From the human T2T-CHM13v2.0 reference genome, Homo sapiens, in NCBI RefSeq assembly GCF_009914755.1, contig NC_060932.1: a DNA stretch of 64,000 nt; one strand, written 5' to 3'. Each line of letters opens with the position of its first letter. Within the stretch, counting starts at the first letter, position 1. Under the pieces are notes generated by a model. That model was not told the DNA's origin. It saw only the letters and a list, made by a program, of their open reading frames with translations, and did no database searches. Both the position numbers and the translations under genes were made by a program. Below are positions 13,116 to 26,279 of the stretch, piece by piece.

Positions 13116-14086
13116 CAGATGGTCCTGACTTACTATGGTTCAAATTATGCTCTTTTTACTTTACAATGGTGCAAAAGTGATACACATTCAGTAGAAATAG
13201 TACTGCAATTACCTATCCACCCATTCTGTTTTTCTCTCTTGAATATTTAATAAGTTATATGAAATATTTAACATTTGATTATAAAACAGGCTATGTGCTA
13301 GATGATTTTGTCGAACTGAAGGAGAAGTGTTCTGAGCACACAGGGTAGGCTAGTCTAAGCTATGATGTTCAGTATGTTAGGTGTATTAATGATACAGACA
13401 AGAGGCAGGGAAATCCTGGGTAGATGAGGGTGATCCCCAGTGAGGGCCACGCTTTGAGGCCTGGACCTGTGGCCCAAAGTGAGAACATTCATTCCTGTTT
13501 TCCCACTCGAATGTTGCCTTTTCCAAAACCACCCTGGCCTGCTCTGCCCCCCATTTTGTGCCCATAAAAACCCCAGGCCCCACTGGTGGAACAGCAGAGC
13601 AGCAGAGAAAGAAGAGAAGTAGCCAGACGTCGGAGAGAAGCAGTCTGACTTCATAGAGATGGTTTGACGGTGGGACCTCACAGAAGAGTTCGGCCAGAGA
13701 CAGCCAAACTCGAGGGAAGACCACCTTCCCACTCCATGTCCTTTCTAGCTCCCCGTCCCGCTGAGAGCCACCTTCACTGGCAATAAAATCCTCCGCATGT
13801 ACCGCCTTCTATTCATTAATGCGGCCTGATTTCTCCTGGATGCCAGACAAAGGCCCAGGTGCGGGTGCAAGAGGCTGTCCTGGCCTCTGTGCCCACTCAC
13901 CAGCACTTCCCCTCCCGTGAGGGATTGAGAGGTGTAGGCTGAGTAAAGGAGCCAACCCCTTCATGAGTCTCACAAAGGGGTCAAGGGAACTATCCCGTTT
14001 CATTAAGGGAATGTTGAACTTACAATATTTTCAGTTTATAATGGGTTTATCTAGATATAACCTGGTCGTAAGTCGAGGAGCATCTG
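13116..14086 (-). mobile_element. MER47A-like Tigger (TcMar) non-autonomous DNA transposon, split by an LTR
   Basis: TA target duplication at 13114-15 and 14087-88; termini cagatggtcctgactta / taagtcgaggagcatctg; internal ctaagctatgatgttc...ttaggtgtatt. Confidence 0.88.
13390..14002 (+). mobile_element. Solo ERV1 LTR, LTR27/LTR1-group
   Basis: TGATACAGACAAGAGGCAGGGAAAT...actatcccgtttCA; perfect 4-bp TSD TTAA; cccataaaaa TATA-like motif and aataaa at ~13782. Confidence 0.9.
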
Positions 14087-14384
14087 TACTCATTTTATAA
14101 GGAACTTGTGAGAGTTGCACTTCCGCGTTAGTTTTGGGAGTTACATGATTAATATGACTCCCTCGGGAAAGCTAAGCTCCAGGTTTGCAGGACTTCTTGC
14201 TTTTCTTATCCCCGGCACCTATCACAGTACCCATCATTACATGGTAGTTATGTACCACACATTTGTTGAGTGAGTAAATAAATAAAAGAATGAATGAATG
14301 GCAGGGTCAGTATCTGAAGCCCAGCTAATCTGATTCTTTCCACTACGCAATGCCAAATTTCACAGTCTAGAGATTCAAATGTTA

Positions 14385-14700
14385 CTCATTTAATTATACT
14401 CAATATACAACAGATATGTATTGAATGCCTGCTTTTTCAATATGTAGTGTTCTAGATCCAGAAGACAGTAGTAAAAAAGGTAGATGAGATCCTTTTTTAC
14501 TAATGGTATTTATGTTATATGGGGGGAAGGCACTAAATAAATAAGTAAATAAATAAACAAGATGGTTTCAGATTTTTAAATGAAATTAAAATAAACAAAA
14601 ATATATAATGAAACTAGTAGGGACTTTGGCCAGAAAAATATTTAGCCCAGTCAGATTAGATAAGCTGTCTTTGAAGGTGATATTTGAGCTGAGATATATA
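14385..14700 (-). mobile_element. L2 3' fragment
   Basis: atatgtattgaatgcctgc...gaaggtgatatttgagctgaga. Confidence 0.6.
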
Positions 14701-15449
14701 AATCAATTACTCTGATATAAAAGTAAGAGAAAACACTGAAAGACAATGTTTTCACTGTGATATACATTTATTAAAAGTACTGTTAAGTGTTTTAGAAAAA
14801 AACATAGAAGCTTAAAGCAGTGAGGCTAGACTTTGTGGGGCCTGTGAGTATTGAGAATGTGCTGGATTTGAATTGAGAATGTGTTGGATTTAAATAGAAA
14901 CAGAGGAAAGTGGGATAACAAAATTAAAGCATAGATGTAGGCATGTCTGTGGATATACAACAAAACTATTTTGTAAAATCAAAAACAAAAACTACAAAAT
15001 TAAAGAATTGCTGTACATCATTGGCAATCCCAAGAAATTTTTTGTGTGAGTGGGTTTGTTAAAGAAAGTTCCACAAAGGGATATGGTGCTTTTATTCTTC
15101 ATTCAAAATGTCCAAGCCATCGAATGCTGCCCACTTACATTTAAGAAAAAGAAAAAGAAGAATGTTTATATATGAGAGCATTAAGGAGTGGTGAAAAAGA
15201 AATAGATAATAGAGATTTAAAGCCAGGTTAGGGGGTACCTTCAAAGCCAGTAATGAGGATTTCTTGGACGTTTATTCTCATGTAGGACTAAAGAGGTATT
15301 TTTGGCGGTCTTTCTGTTACCACTTAGGAGTTAATGGTGGTAAAGAATGAATGGGTCAGAGAGGCAGGAGGCTAACTCCCCAAATTCTTTATAAAATGTA
15401 TTAATTATTGCTAAATATGACATTAATGACCAAAATAATGACATTACTA

Positions 15450-15580
15450 ACAGTGTGGTAGCATAATGTGGTATAAAGGGCATAGGCCGGACAGGTCAGT
15501 AAATCTCTATCTGCCATTAACTGGTTGTGTAACCATAAATAGGTCACTTTATGTCATTTAGTTTCAGTTTTTTTATTTTT
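15450..15580 (+). mobile_element. MIR fragment
   Basis: ctgccattaactggttgtgtaacc...gtcacttt...tcagttt. Confidence 0.55.
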
Positions 15581-16401
15581 AAATTAACCTTTTAAAGTCT
15601 CCCTGAGATTAAAAATTCTAAAATTTTATGATGGGTGCCATATAACAAGATTTTGTCATAATCTGTATTAAATGTTGGTCAAAGAAAGATGGTCTGACAG
15701 TGAAAAGGTTTGCATGTCAAAGTATTCAGGATTGTATTCTTTGAGTCTTTTACAATTATCTGTACCCTAATATATTTTTTCGTTAGTAATCATTGTAAAC
15801 AGATACTGGAATGGGGAATTTTCTTCTGCTGTTGATCAGTCTGTAGTTTTATTTCTGTCTCCTCTCCACCTTTAAAAGTGGTAACACTGAGCTTGCGATT
15901 TGTATGTACCTCACACAGATTTTAAGACACCATTGAATAACATGAAATGTTTATTTGTGATCTTACCATCTTGAAATTAATATTAAACATACTATTTAGA
16001 GTAGTGTGTGCTTCATTAATGAATAAAATGAGTCATAGATTGGTCAATCTCATGGCTGAATCTTTTAAAGGAAGAAGAATCCAATTGTGGAACTGCAGAG
16101 CTGCCTATGGGTGTTGAGTTGGAGTTTAGCTGTTGCTGTATTATTAATCTTTTCCTTTAATTAAAATTATTCCTAATTTTAATAAGGGATATACTTCAAG
16201 GGGCAAAATCTTTGTGGGTGTACATAGCAACAATAAAGGCAAAAGCAAAGTGTTAGCAAATTGAATAAGAATGCCAAACAAATAGATGGTTACACACCAT
16301 ATACATGTCTTATTTTTACTTTTTGGAGAGTAGTAAATTTTTTCAGAAGTTTGTGTGTACCATCTCTTATTTAGGTGAAAATATTTTTGCGTGTTAATAT
16401 A

Positions 16402-17147
16402 GAGTTGACCCTTGAACAACATGAGTTTGAGCCATGTGGGCCCACTTATACATAAATTTTCTTCTCCTCTGCCACCCGTGAGAAAACAAGACCAACCCCT
16501 CCTCTTCTGCCTCCTCCCCAGCCTACTCAATGTGAAGACAATAAGGATGAAGACCTTCATGATGATCCACTTCTACTTAATGAATAATAAATATATTTGG
16601 TCTTTCTTATGATTTTCTTAACGTTTTCTTTGCTCTAGCTTACTTTATTGTAAATCTACAGTATATAATACACAATCAAAATATGTGTGAATCGACAGTT
16701 TATGTTATTGGTAAGGCTTCTGGTTGCCTGTAGGCTATGAGTAGTTATGTTTTAGGGGAGCCAAAAGTGATTTTCAGATTTATTTTTATTTTTATTTTAT
16801 TTTATTTTATTTTTGAGACAGAGTCTCGCTCTGTCAGAGTGCAGTGGCATGATCTCAGCTCACTGCAACCTCCGCCTCCCGGGTTCAAGCAATTCTCTGC
16901 CTTAGCCTCCCGAATAGCTGGGATTACAGGCGCCTGCCACCATTCCTGGCTAATTTTTGTATTTTTAGTAGAGATGGGGTTTCACCGTCTTGGCCAGGCT
17001 GGTCTCTGAACTCCTGACCTCATGATCCACCTGCCTCAGCCTCCCACAGTGCTGGGGTTACAGGTGTGACCCACCACGCCTGGCCCAGATTTTTGACTGC
17101 TCATGAGTTTGGCACCCGCAGCCCCGGTGTTGTTCAAGGGTCAACTG
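16402..17147 (+). mobile_element. Tigger2a (MER28-like) DNA transposon, interrupted by Alu
   Basis: TIRs agttgacccttgaacaac / gttgttcaagggtcaact, TA flanks, internal gacc...gatgatccacttc...cttaatgaata. Confidence 0.93.
16779..17085 (-). mobile_element. AluS-type SINE
   Basis: Alu with (tattt)n tail; TSD cagattt at 16775-16781 and 17086-17092. Confidence 0.95.
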
Positions 17148-20100
17148 TACAGCTTCCTGGAAACACAATTTTTATCTTTATTTCAAGTGATAATAATCAA
17201 CTACAATGTGTACATATTTAGCATAAAATGTGTCAAAACATTTATGTATTTGACACCAAGAATAATATGGGGTTAAAAGAAGATAGTATGTTATTGACTC
17301 AAATATTCTCTATCTTTTAATATATAAAATATCGATAACTAATTAACTCTTGCTTTAAGGAAGCTCCTCCACTCAAATGATTTCAATTGTGTATATATGC
17401 ACATAGCCAACTTCCATGTGAGTATGGATATGCCGCATCTACTGAAACCCAGAAATATGATTTAAAACTCTCCATGCTCTAGTGCACGTGCACACACCCT
17501 CATAAGTTGTAAATAGCTGTTATCACTTGTTAGGATAACTTAATTAAACTTGCTTATTAAAAACCTTTAATTCGTTAGTGATAAAATCCTGATTAGTACA
17601 TTTTCCTGCTAGGTGACCTCCTAATTTAATAGAAGATGAATTTTTAAATGGGGAAAAATGCCTGTGGCAGAGATTTTGTGCAAGTGAATAGAGTTTGCAA
17701 TACACATAGGGATATATTCTAGCCTAATTAGTAAGGGTGCAAATGAATTTTTATTCCATACACCAGAAGTCTCACTGATGAACCACGATGAGGAGTTTGA
17801 AATGCATTCAGATTGGCAGTGTGGGACTGAAATCTGTGGGAAAATCACAAGCTAATTCATTGATTGCCCCTTGGAAATTACTGCTGTTAATTGTTAGGTA
17901 ATTAACATGGAGCTACAATTATATTGGCCTAAGGGGGTGATTAATGTTTCAACATGTCACATTAGCAGCGGCTGGATTTTCAAAGCTTTTCTTTTCACAT
18001 GGTTTAGGAGACAGATGGTATATTGTCTATGGATTTTTTTTTTTTTTACTAAAGTTTATGCTGAGAGCAAGTGTTTGAATTTTCTGTTCTTGAGCCTCCT
18101 TTTAATAGATACAAATTTTAACACAAGAATTTGATAACTTTTATGAAATAATGTAATATTTGCTAATAATATTCTTTCACCTAAAATATATATTGCTAAA
18201 CAGGAAAGTTACTTTAATTTTATGTATTGGTGTAGAATCAAAGCTGTCTTAAATTTGAGGAGTTCGCATTTTTCTTTATGACAGGTCTTAAATTATTTAA
18301 TGATAGAGAAAAAATTTGTATGATATTATATTTGTAATGATCAATATAATTTAAGCAGAAGCCAATAAACCATGTTGAATAAATGCATTTAGTAACAGTG
18401 ATATAGAGTACATTTATGTTTCTATTTTTTCGCATCTCACTGTCTCTGTTACCCTTTCTTTTTCTGAAAGCTGTGTACATCCCAATATCTCAAATCCTAA
18501 TTTAGCCCAGTTCATTGTGGCATGGATTTTTCAGAACTCTCCTCTCCTCTGAAGAAGCCACATTGATCTCTAAATATGAAGGCTAAAAATAGAGACGGAA
18601 TGCATCAAATCAACTGCTTATTTACTTAGGGGGTACATTTGCAGAAGCCAACACTACTCATTACCAGATTAGCCTGAGATATTACATTATATGTTTAAGA
18701 TTTGCCTATACCAATCCATTTCATCTAAATTTCAGAGTTTGTTAAACTGCTTCCAGAGTTTGGGGCACATCTATCTTATAATAAAAATAATTACAAAAAA
18801 ATCATATCCAAACTATAGTTACTTGAAAAATTGAAAAAAATCATTCTTGCAAATTAATTTTATTTACAGATAAATCAACCCTCTATTCATCCCAGATATT
18901 CAGTCATAGATTTCTAGAGCAATATTTTTAATATGTAGCCCATCTGTTTTTATTTGAAATGCATTTTGGTTGAAATGGTTTTTAAAAATTTAAGTATTTT
19001 TAATAGAAGTCAACGTGGTACCTTTCTTCTTTAAAAAGACACTTTCAATACTAAAACCTAAGTGAGTTCCAAAAAATTCTTAAGGTCTCCAAAGGTGGAT
19101 TTTTTTTAAGTCCAATTAAGGCACATTATCTAAAAAAGTGGAATAGATTTCTAGCAGTTCAAAGAGCAGCTTCTTTTATAATTTTTTTTCATGAAAATTT
19201 GAGATGTCATTTTTCTTGGTAGCCCCATACTGAGGTCTTTGTTGTGACTGCAGTCTGTAGCTTTTATATTGATTTGTACTGCTTCAACAAATGACAGAAA
19301 TCTTTATTATCTACAGTCAAGCCAGCTATTAACTTTTACTGTCCATTAAAACTGGAAAATTGTGAAAGGAAGTCAGTACTTCTAAGCCTTTAAAATAGAG
19401 AATTACTGAAATCTTGATTTTAGGCAATTCTGTTTTCAGATCTTTCTGCATTTCTTTTACATTGAAAACCAATTGCAGTTGTTCAAATGTCTGTTTTACT
19501 GTCAAGTTGACATTTCACCTCAGTTCCTCTTTTCTTTGCTTATTATAATTTTACCAAAAAAAAATCTTGTCATGCTAGAAATAGCAGAATATGCAGTAAG
19601 ACCAAATTAGGTACATGCATTTTTATTGGAGAGCTTTCATCAAATGTCTTTTTTTATCCTGTTTTAGTAATGAGTTTAAAGTGAAGCAAGGGATTCTGAC
19701 TTTGATTATAGATTGTAAGCAGTAAGTTAAAATTTGCATTTGAAAGTTCCCTAGGGAATGTGAAAGCTATATCTGCTTATCAACTTGGACAGTAGGGGTC
19801 ACTATGATTCTTTTAAGATAAACTGATAGGAAGATTATTAGCCACAGCTAAGATTATTCTTAAAGATACTTTAGGGGAGCGGAGAAAGTCTTTTCTAAAA
19901 TAGAAAGATTAATTAGTGCAGCTAAAAATTTGATATACATACTACACCCCCCCATACACACACATACACACACACCTATATATACAGTTAAATACTATTT
20001 AAAAAGAGTAGGGTTGTCTTGCTTTAGGCTTTGTTGACATTTTAAGACTACTGTGGTTCTAATTCCTGAGTTGTGGTTTGCCATATATCAAAGACTTCAA

Positions 20101-20803
20101 GAAATTCCATGACTGACTCACTTGATAAATGTTATTTGCATATTGCTATTGGTTCTTTCTATTTCATCCTAATTATAGCAATCTTCATGCCTTTTTAAAA
20201 TCATGGGTAAATAGTAGTCAGAAAAAATTGTTTAAGTTAATGTTAGACACACAAAAAATGGGAATTTTATTATGAATATCAATGTTGGTTTCTTAGTGAT
20301 GACTTTAGTTGAAAATGTAGATGAAATGCAGCAGTCATCAAGGTTGGCATGTTGCAGTAACATTTGTCCTTTTCAAGTCCGTTATTTTATGATTCCAGTC
20401 AGTGAGGATCTCAAATTTTGGATGGGAGGGCCAAACATGAAAATATCTATTACAATGTTATAAAGTCATGGGTATACTTGAAATGAAGGCAAAGTTCTGG
20501 AGTAGAGGAGAAAAATCCCTAGGTCTGTCGGTGTGAATTACTGGCAGTTTTCTTGGCAAAGGAGGGCTGGGTGCTTCCGGGGTAGGGACATGAAAGGCTC
20601 TAAGAATGAAGGGCCAATGGGGTGGTCAAGGAACTGAGCTGACTGAGGGCAATGGAAGGCCACAGCTCATGATTGTGCTGTTGTTTGGTGGGAAGGATCA
20701 TGACAAAGGATGGAAATAAAGCTCATCAAGGACTTTGTACCCTTGTTTAGTAATTTTTACTTAGTTCCATAGGAATTAAAAATCTGACAGGATAAGATTA
20801 GTC

Positions 20804-21064
20804 TTTTTTTTTTTTTGAGACGGAGTCTCGCTCTTTCTCCCAGGCCAGACTGCAGTGATTCTATCTAGGCTCACTGCAAGCTCCGCCTCCCGGGTTCATG
20901 CCATTCTCCTGCCTCAGCCTCCCGAGTAGCTGGGATTACAGGCGCCCGCCACCGCGCCGGGCTAAGTTTTTGTATTTTTAGTAGAGACGGGGATTCACCG
21001 TGTTAGTCAAGATGGTCTCGATCTGCTGACCTCGTGATCCTCCCGCCTCGGCCTCCCAAAATGC
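20804..21064 (-). mobile_element. 5'-truncated AluY (AluYe-like diagnostics)
   Basis: Sense reads gatag..cactgcagtctggcctgggagaaagagcg and accatcttg; first ~30 nt missing; TSD agtctttttttt at 20800-20811 and 21065-21076. Confidence 0.93.
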
Positions 21065-21144
21065 AGTCTTTTTTTTAATGTTACAAAATTATCAGTTTAG
21101 CTACTATTCAAAAATGATAAAAAGATCAAGGTTGGAAAATTCTT

Positions 21145-21560
21145 GTTCATGAATCAGCACAAATTTAAAGTGCCTACTACACACAAGTCATGATTTTAAA
21201 ACCTGGATTTACAGGGATCAACAATATGGATGAGAAGACTGCTCTTACACAGTTTACATTCTAGAGGAAGAAGACCGAGTACAGGGAAGTAAACAAATAA
21301 AAAAAATGTTACTGTAAGAAGAAAGTGCTCTGAGGGGAGAAACGGTGCTATAGGACAGCAAGTGAGTGGGACAGGAAACCCACGTGCACAGATCAGATTC
21401 AAAAAGGCTATCAGAGAAGGGGACAAAAGAATTGTCACCTGGATGATGAAGATGAATGAGCTAAGTGAGGATTTGGAGGACTGTAACTCTGAAAATAAAG
21501 AACAGAAAGCATAAAAGCCTGAAAGCATTTTAACATAAAACATTTTGAGAATTGGAATAA
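21145..21560 (-). mobile_element. L2 fragment
   Basis: gtgcctactac...agtttacattctagagg...gtaaacaaataa...aagtgctctgagg. Confidence 0.6.
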
Positions 21561-21589
21561 TGGTTTATCTCCTGACCGTAGACGCAGAC

Positions 21590-21750
21590 AACACAGTGGA
21601 ACAATTATGAGTATAGAATTTGGTGTCCAATTAATCTGGATTCAAATTCTAGTCAATCCCTCATAGGAATTTAGGCAGGTTATTTAAGTATTCTGATCCT
21701 CAGCTTTCTCTTTTCTAAAATGTAGTGATATCATAAATACCCAAAGTTCC
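21590..21750 (+). mobile_element. MIR fragment
   Basis: tctggattcaaattctag...ggcaggttatttaa...cctcagctttctc...aaaatg. Confidence 0.65.
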
Positions 21751-22917
21751 CAAAACATAGGTGGGCAGTTAATCAACAGGGCTTATTTTACTCTCTTTGG
21801 ATTCATTTCCTCTTCTGCAATGTAGAACTGTGTTACTTACCAACTTAACATATTTTTGTTTGTAAATCCTCAAATAACATGTGTGTTTATCTTTGCTATT
21901 AACTCTTTTTTAGTTCTTAATTCAAAATTAAATTAAAAAGATTAAGAGACTAAAAGCTGGTAAACTGGAAGGAAATATGTTGCTTGCTCTCAGTTATTCT
22001 TAATAAACTCTGAATTATCCTTAATATGATTCTTAATTTATAAGAAAAAATCCAAAATAGTTCAAGTTTGTGTAAGAAATCATCATATTTTGGAATAAAT
22101 AATATTGCAGATTTGTCAACTTTTTTTAAAATTTAAAATTGCCCAAATAAGCTATTTGTGTAGTCCTCCCAACTTTGAGTGAGTCTTTTAAAATCACTTA
22201 GCTGGTCCCTGTTGTTATTGCTCTACCTCTGATTTATTTGGAGACATTGCTTCTAAATAAGACTTTTCTTATCCCATAAGTAAAACACTTCTTTTTGGCT
22301 CTAGCATTTCCAACAATCCTGTCCTTAACTTTTCTTTCCTACTTCTTTTGTTGACAATATATCTCTTACTATTGAGCTTCATTGCCAATTCCCTAAACCT
22401 CTTCTTCAGAATAAATCCTTTGACTTTCTTTTTCTAAAGCCTAATGACCAAAACAGACTCCCCACCAGTCCTCCAAGTAATCTTATCTTTTCTGTCACTG
22501 ACTGTATAAATTTCCTCCTGCCACAGGCAAACTGACTTCAGTCATGTTTTGTAAATACTTACCACAGAACCTCCTTGTATAATGGCATCCAATTTACTCT
22601 TCTTTTCTATTGCCCCATAACTTTATCCTGCTTCTTTTTATGATACACTGTACAGTATATTTCTGGAGTGTTCCAAGGGCTAAAGAGTAAACATTCTCAT
22701 TTTATGTCCTAAGCCTCAATGTCATACATTTTTCTTGCATATAATAAAGAGGTAAGTTGTTATAGAAGAAAGGAACCTTACAAAATAATGTAATCCAATA
22801 TTTATGTTATATAAGAAAATTAAAATATAAGGAGTTTGGATTATATTTAAGACCCAGATATTCAGAATTTTTACTCTATGTTCTTTGTAATTCACAGGAA
22901 ATTGTAACATTGTGGTT

Positions 22918-23266
22918 CAGGGGCTAGTTACAACCAGCAATGTACTTTCTTTGGCCCTAATAGGTATTTTAAAATATTTTTAGTTGTTCCTGAACTTTAA
23001 CATTTTGAGATTTTATATAAAAGTCTGGATTTGCAGATTCTCTTACATTAGGTGATTTGACAATTCTGGGCACGTGAGACCACATGGCAGTACCTGGCTG
23101 AAGCTTAGTAGCAGCCTTCATGTTAGGGAAATCATAGTATCCAATTGGCCAGTTTTCATTATTATCTAATATACTATACTCTTCATTAATTTATGCATTC
23201 ATTATGTATGTAAATATATATTATTTGCCTGTGCCCTATGGGAATTTGACTTTTGCCATTCTTTGG
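22918..23266. mobile_element. MER102-like hAT-Charlie DNA transposon
   Basis: cagggg start, aaagtctggatttgc, ctggctgaagcttagtagcagcc, tttgcctgtgccctatgggaatttgac near end; diverged. Confidence 0.5.
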
Positions 23267-23943
23267 CTATAATCAAAGGCTTTTCATGTGAGCTGATGAA
23301 AACCTGAACCCATAACTTCAATGAAGCACTAGGGATACAGCTCATGGATGTATGGGTGTCCTAAAAGTTGTACAAAAACATTTCAATGATGTCAGTATAA
23401 TTCCACAAAAGTGTTCTTAGCATTGACTCTGTCTAAAGCATTGAACTAAGCACTGAGATATCAATCACAAATGAACCCATCCTTGGGGAGTTTTACTGAT
23501 TATAAAATGAGACACAATATCCTCTGGGAGAACGATACCATGTCTTATTTGCGTGAAATGATAGAACAACTAATACAAGATATATTTATTACTGTCATCA
23601 ATATAACATAATCATAAGGGTAGGGTTTTTGGATGAAAGATAGTATATAAAGCAAATAATATTATTATATTATTATATTTCTTATACATATTATTATTGG
23701 GCCATTTGACCATTATTATCAATTCCAGATGAGTACTCCTATTGGTCATAATTAACAGAAGTGTTTTCTCATTTAAAGGCATGTAAACATTTCATATTGA
23801 AAACTTGCCATACCAAACAATTTTTTTAATAGTGATGATAGATTTTGTAGATCTATTTACATTCTGTTGCTCACTTAACCTTTGACTAAGGTGTGTGTTA
23901 GGCATCTGCATACTTTGTGGGTAGAGCCAACACTTTAGGAAAA

Positions 23944-23987
23944 GCAAAACAATTGTTCAGGACAATTTTCCTGAACAATTGTTTTGC
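23944..23987. repeat. Inverted repeat, perfect 19-bp arms, 6-nt spacer
   Basis: gcaaaacaattgttcagga-caattt-tcctgaacaattgttttgc. Confidence 0.97.
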
Positions 23988-24653
23988 CTTTATGACCACT
24001 ATGAGTGAAAAAAGATAAATTGGTATTATTTTTAATGTTCATGATCATTTACCCTCTAGAGTGTATTTCATACATGATATGAGATGACAGAGTATGGAAA
24101 ATACAATGTTTTCTATGCACTCTTTCCAAACTCAGTGAAATCATTCAAACAAATAATAGCAATGGAATGAATTCTGGTAAATACTAAGGAAGAAAAGAAT
24201 GTAAAAGGTCAAGGTCTTCATTATTCCTGTTTGTTGAGTGCTGGGTGAGCCCAGCACTTCATAAACCATATTGAAGGGTTTGGTCCTTGCTCCGGAGGTT
24301 CACAGATCAAATTAAACAGGCAAGGACAATTGTATTAACCAAGCAGGTGGTTAGTTCTAAAAATAAGGATTTCTAAACCTTATAAAAAGTTTGCTTATTT
24401 TTTTTTCATTCTACCCCTTTGTTTCTCATACTATGGTCATTTCAAAATAACAAAAAAAGAGGTTAGGCCTTGCCTGAGAAGAATCACAGAAAATTGATAT
24501 TGTGAAGAGGCTTTCTTTTTTAAAGTGGGTATAAAAATAGACTAAATATAGAAAAAGGAAGATGGATTGTTATGAACATGACTAAAAAAATAGAAAGCAA
24601 TGCAGTTGGGTTAGAGAGATGAAGCGTACTGTACAATGAATGAGTCTACATAG

Positions 24654-25099
<446 letters not shown>

Positions 25100-26279
25100 T
25101 CAACTATGCTTCTTTAACAAATAACAATGGTGACTTTTTGAAAAGTATTTTTAAAAATATATTTCTTGAATATTTTGATTACCCCAGTATTTTCTGAAAT
25201 TTTGTTTGCATGAAAAAAGCTTGCCCTACTAATGAGACAGTTTATTATTATTATTAATTATGGTTTATAAAAGTTTTATATTAAAATGAAGAGGTTATAT
25301 ATCAAAATGGAAAAGAAATCTTCTGGTTGAATAATGTTTTGAAATTATGATTTTTATGGATTAGTGACTGTAAAATACATGAGCATTTCTCTATTATACA
25401 TGACATCTGGCTTTTGCTAAAAATTATATACTTTTTTGCAATTTCTCTTACATTTAAAATATTTTATTTTGCCTTAATCACTTTAGTTTTTGAAAGGCTT
25501 GTTCCTCATTTCACTTCTCAAATTATGACAAATCACAATATGTAACAAGGATTAAACTAAATGTGCATTAGATGAGTAAAGAATTCACTGAGGCAAGACT
25601 AATCATCATTTAGATTATCAGTAGAAGATGATGAATGAACAAAGGATTGCATGACAAGTTGTGTTGATGCTATGAGCCAAATGTTTTAGCTTTTACAAAT
25701 GAAAAAAATCCCTAAGCAGATTATAGCAGAAAGTAATCATTTAAATTACAAACTTAAGAATTTCAAATTACATACTTCATCAAGTTGAGTCTATTTTAAC
25801 TTACTGAGTAGATCTGGTATAACAGAATGAAATAATTACTTAGTGTTTCAAGTAAATGGAATATAGTCTTCCTATGCTTATAATTTATTTTCTATACAAT
25901 TTCTGCAGTAGGTAACTGAGGAAAATTTCTGTGAATGTAGCCTTAGTTAAAATATTCAAAAATATGTTCAAGAATAAGCATTCTACAGATTTTTTTTTTC
26001 CTCAGGAATTTCACTTGCACTTGTCAAGATAAATTTTTTGAAATACTTCTACTTTTTAGAAATTGATTCTTTAGAAACAAATTTGAAGAGGTGATAAAGA
26101 AGATGTAAGGAAGATTTTACTTTTTCCCCTACTGGGTTCTCCGAATTGAAGATAAAAATCTGTTTCAATAGAGCTTTTCAATAAATGGTGTGTATGTATA
26201 TTTGAACTAATATCCTACAATTATATCATATATATATGTAGTATATATGCTAATTCCCTATTAATTTCTCAAGGATATT

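Larger units (their letters stand above)
12262..14300 (+). mobile_element. L2 3' region, split by MER47A (13116-14086)
   Basis: caagtctgatcatgttact...attagaataaa, actcatccttcag...gaagccttccttgacc; ends tttgttgagtgagt...gaatgaatgaatg. Confidence 0.75.

Noticed and set aside
14851-14893. 22-bp imperfect tandem duplication (similar short ones at ~7264-7302 and ~26925-26945)
   Set aside because: Ordinary slippage duplications; not spacer-separated arrays
16144-16560. 138-aa ORF
   Set aside because: Starts inside antisense Tigger2a and runs into AT-rich flank; no coding signature
24237-24258. 9-bp stem hairpin agtgctggg-tgag-cccagcact
   Set aside because: Short enough to occur by chance; no supporting context
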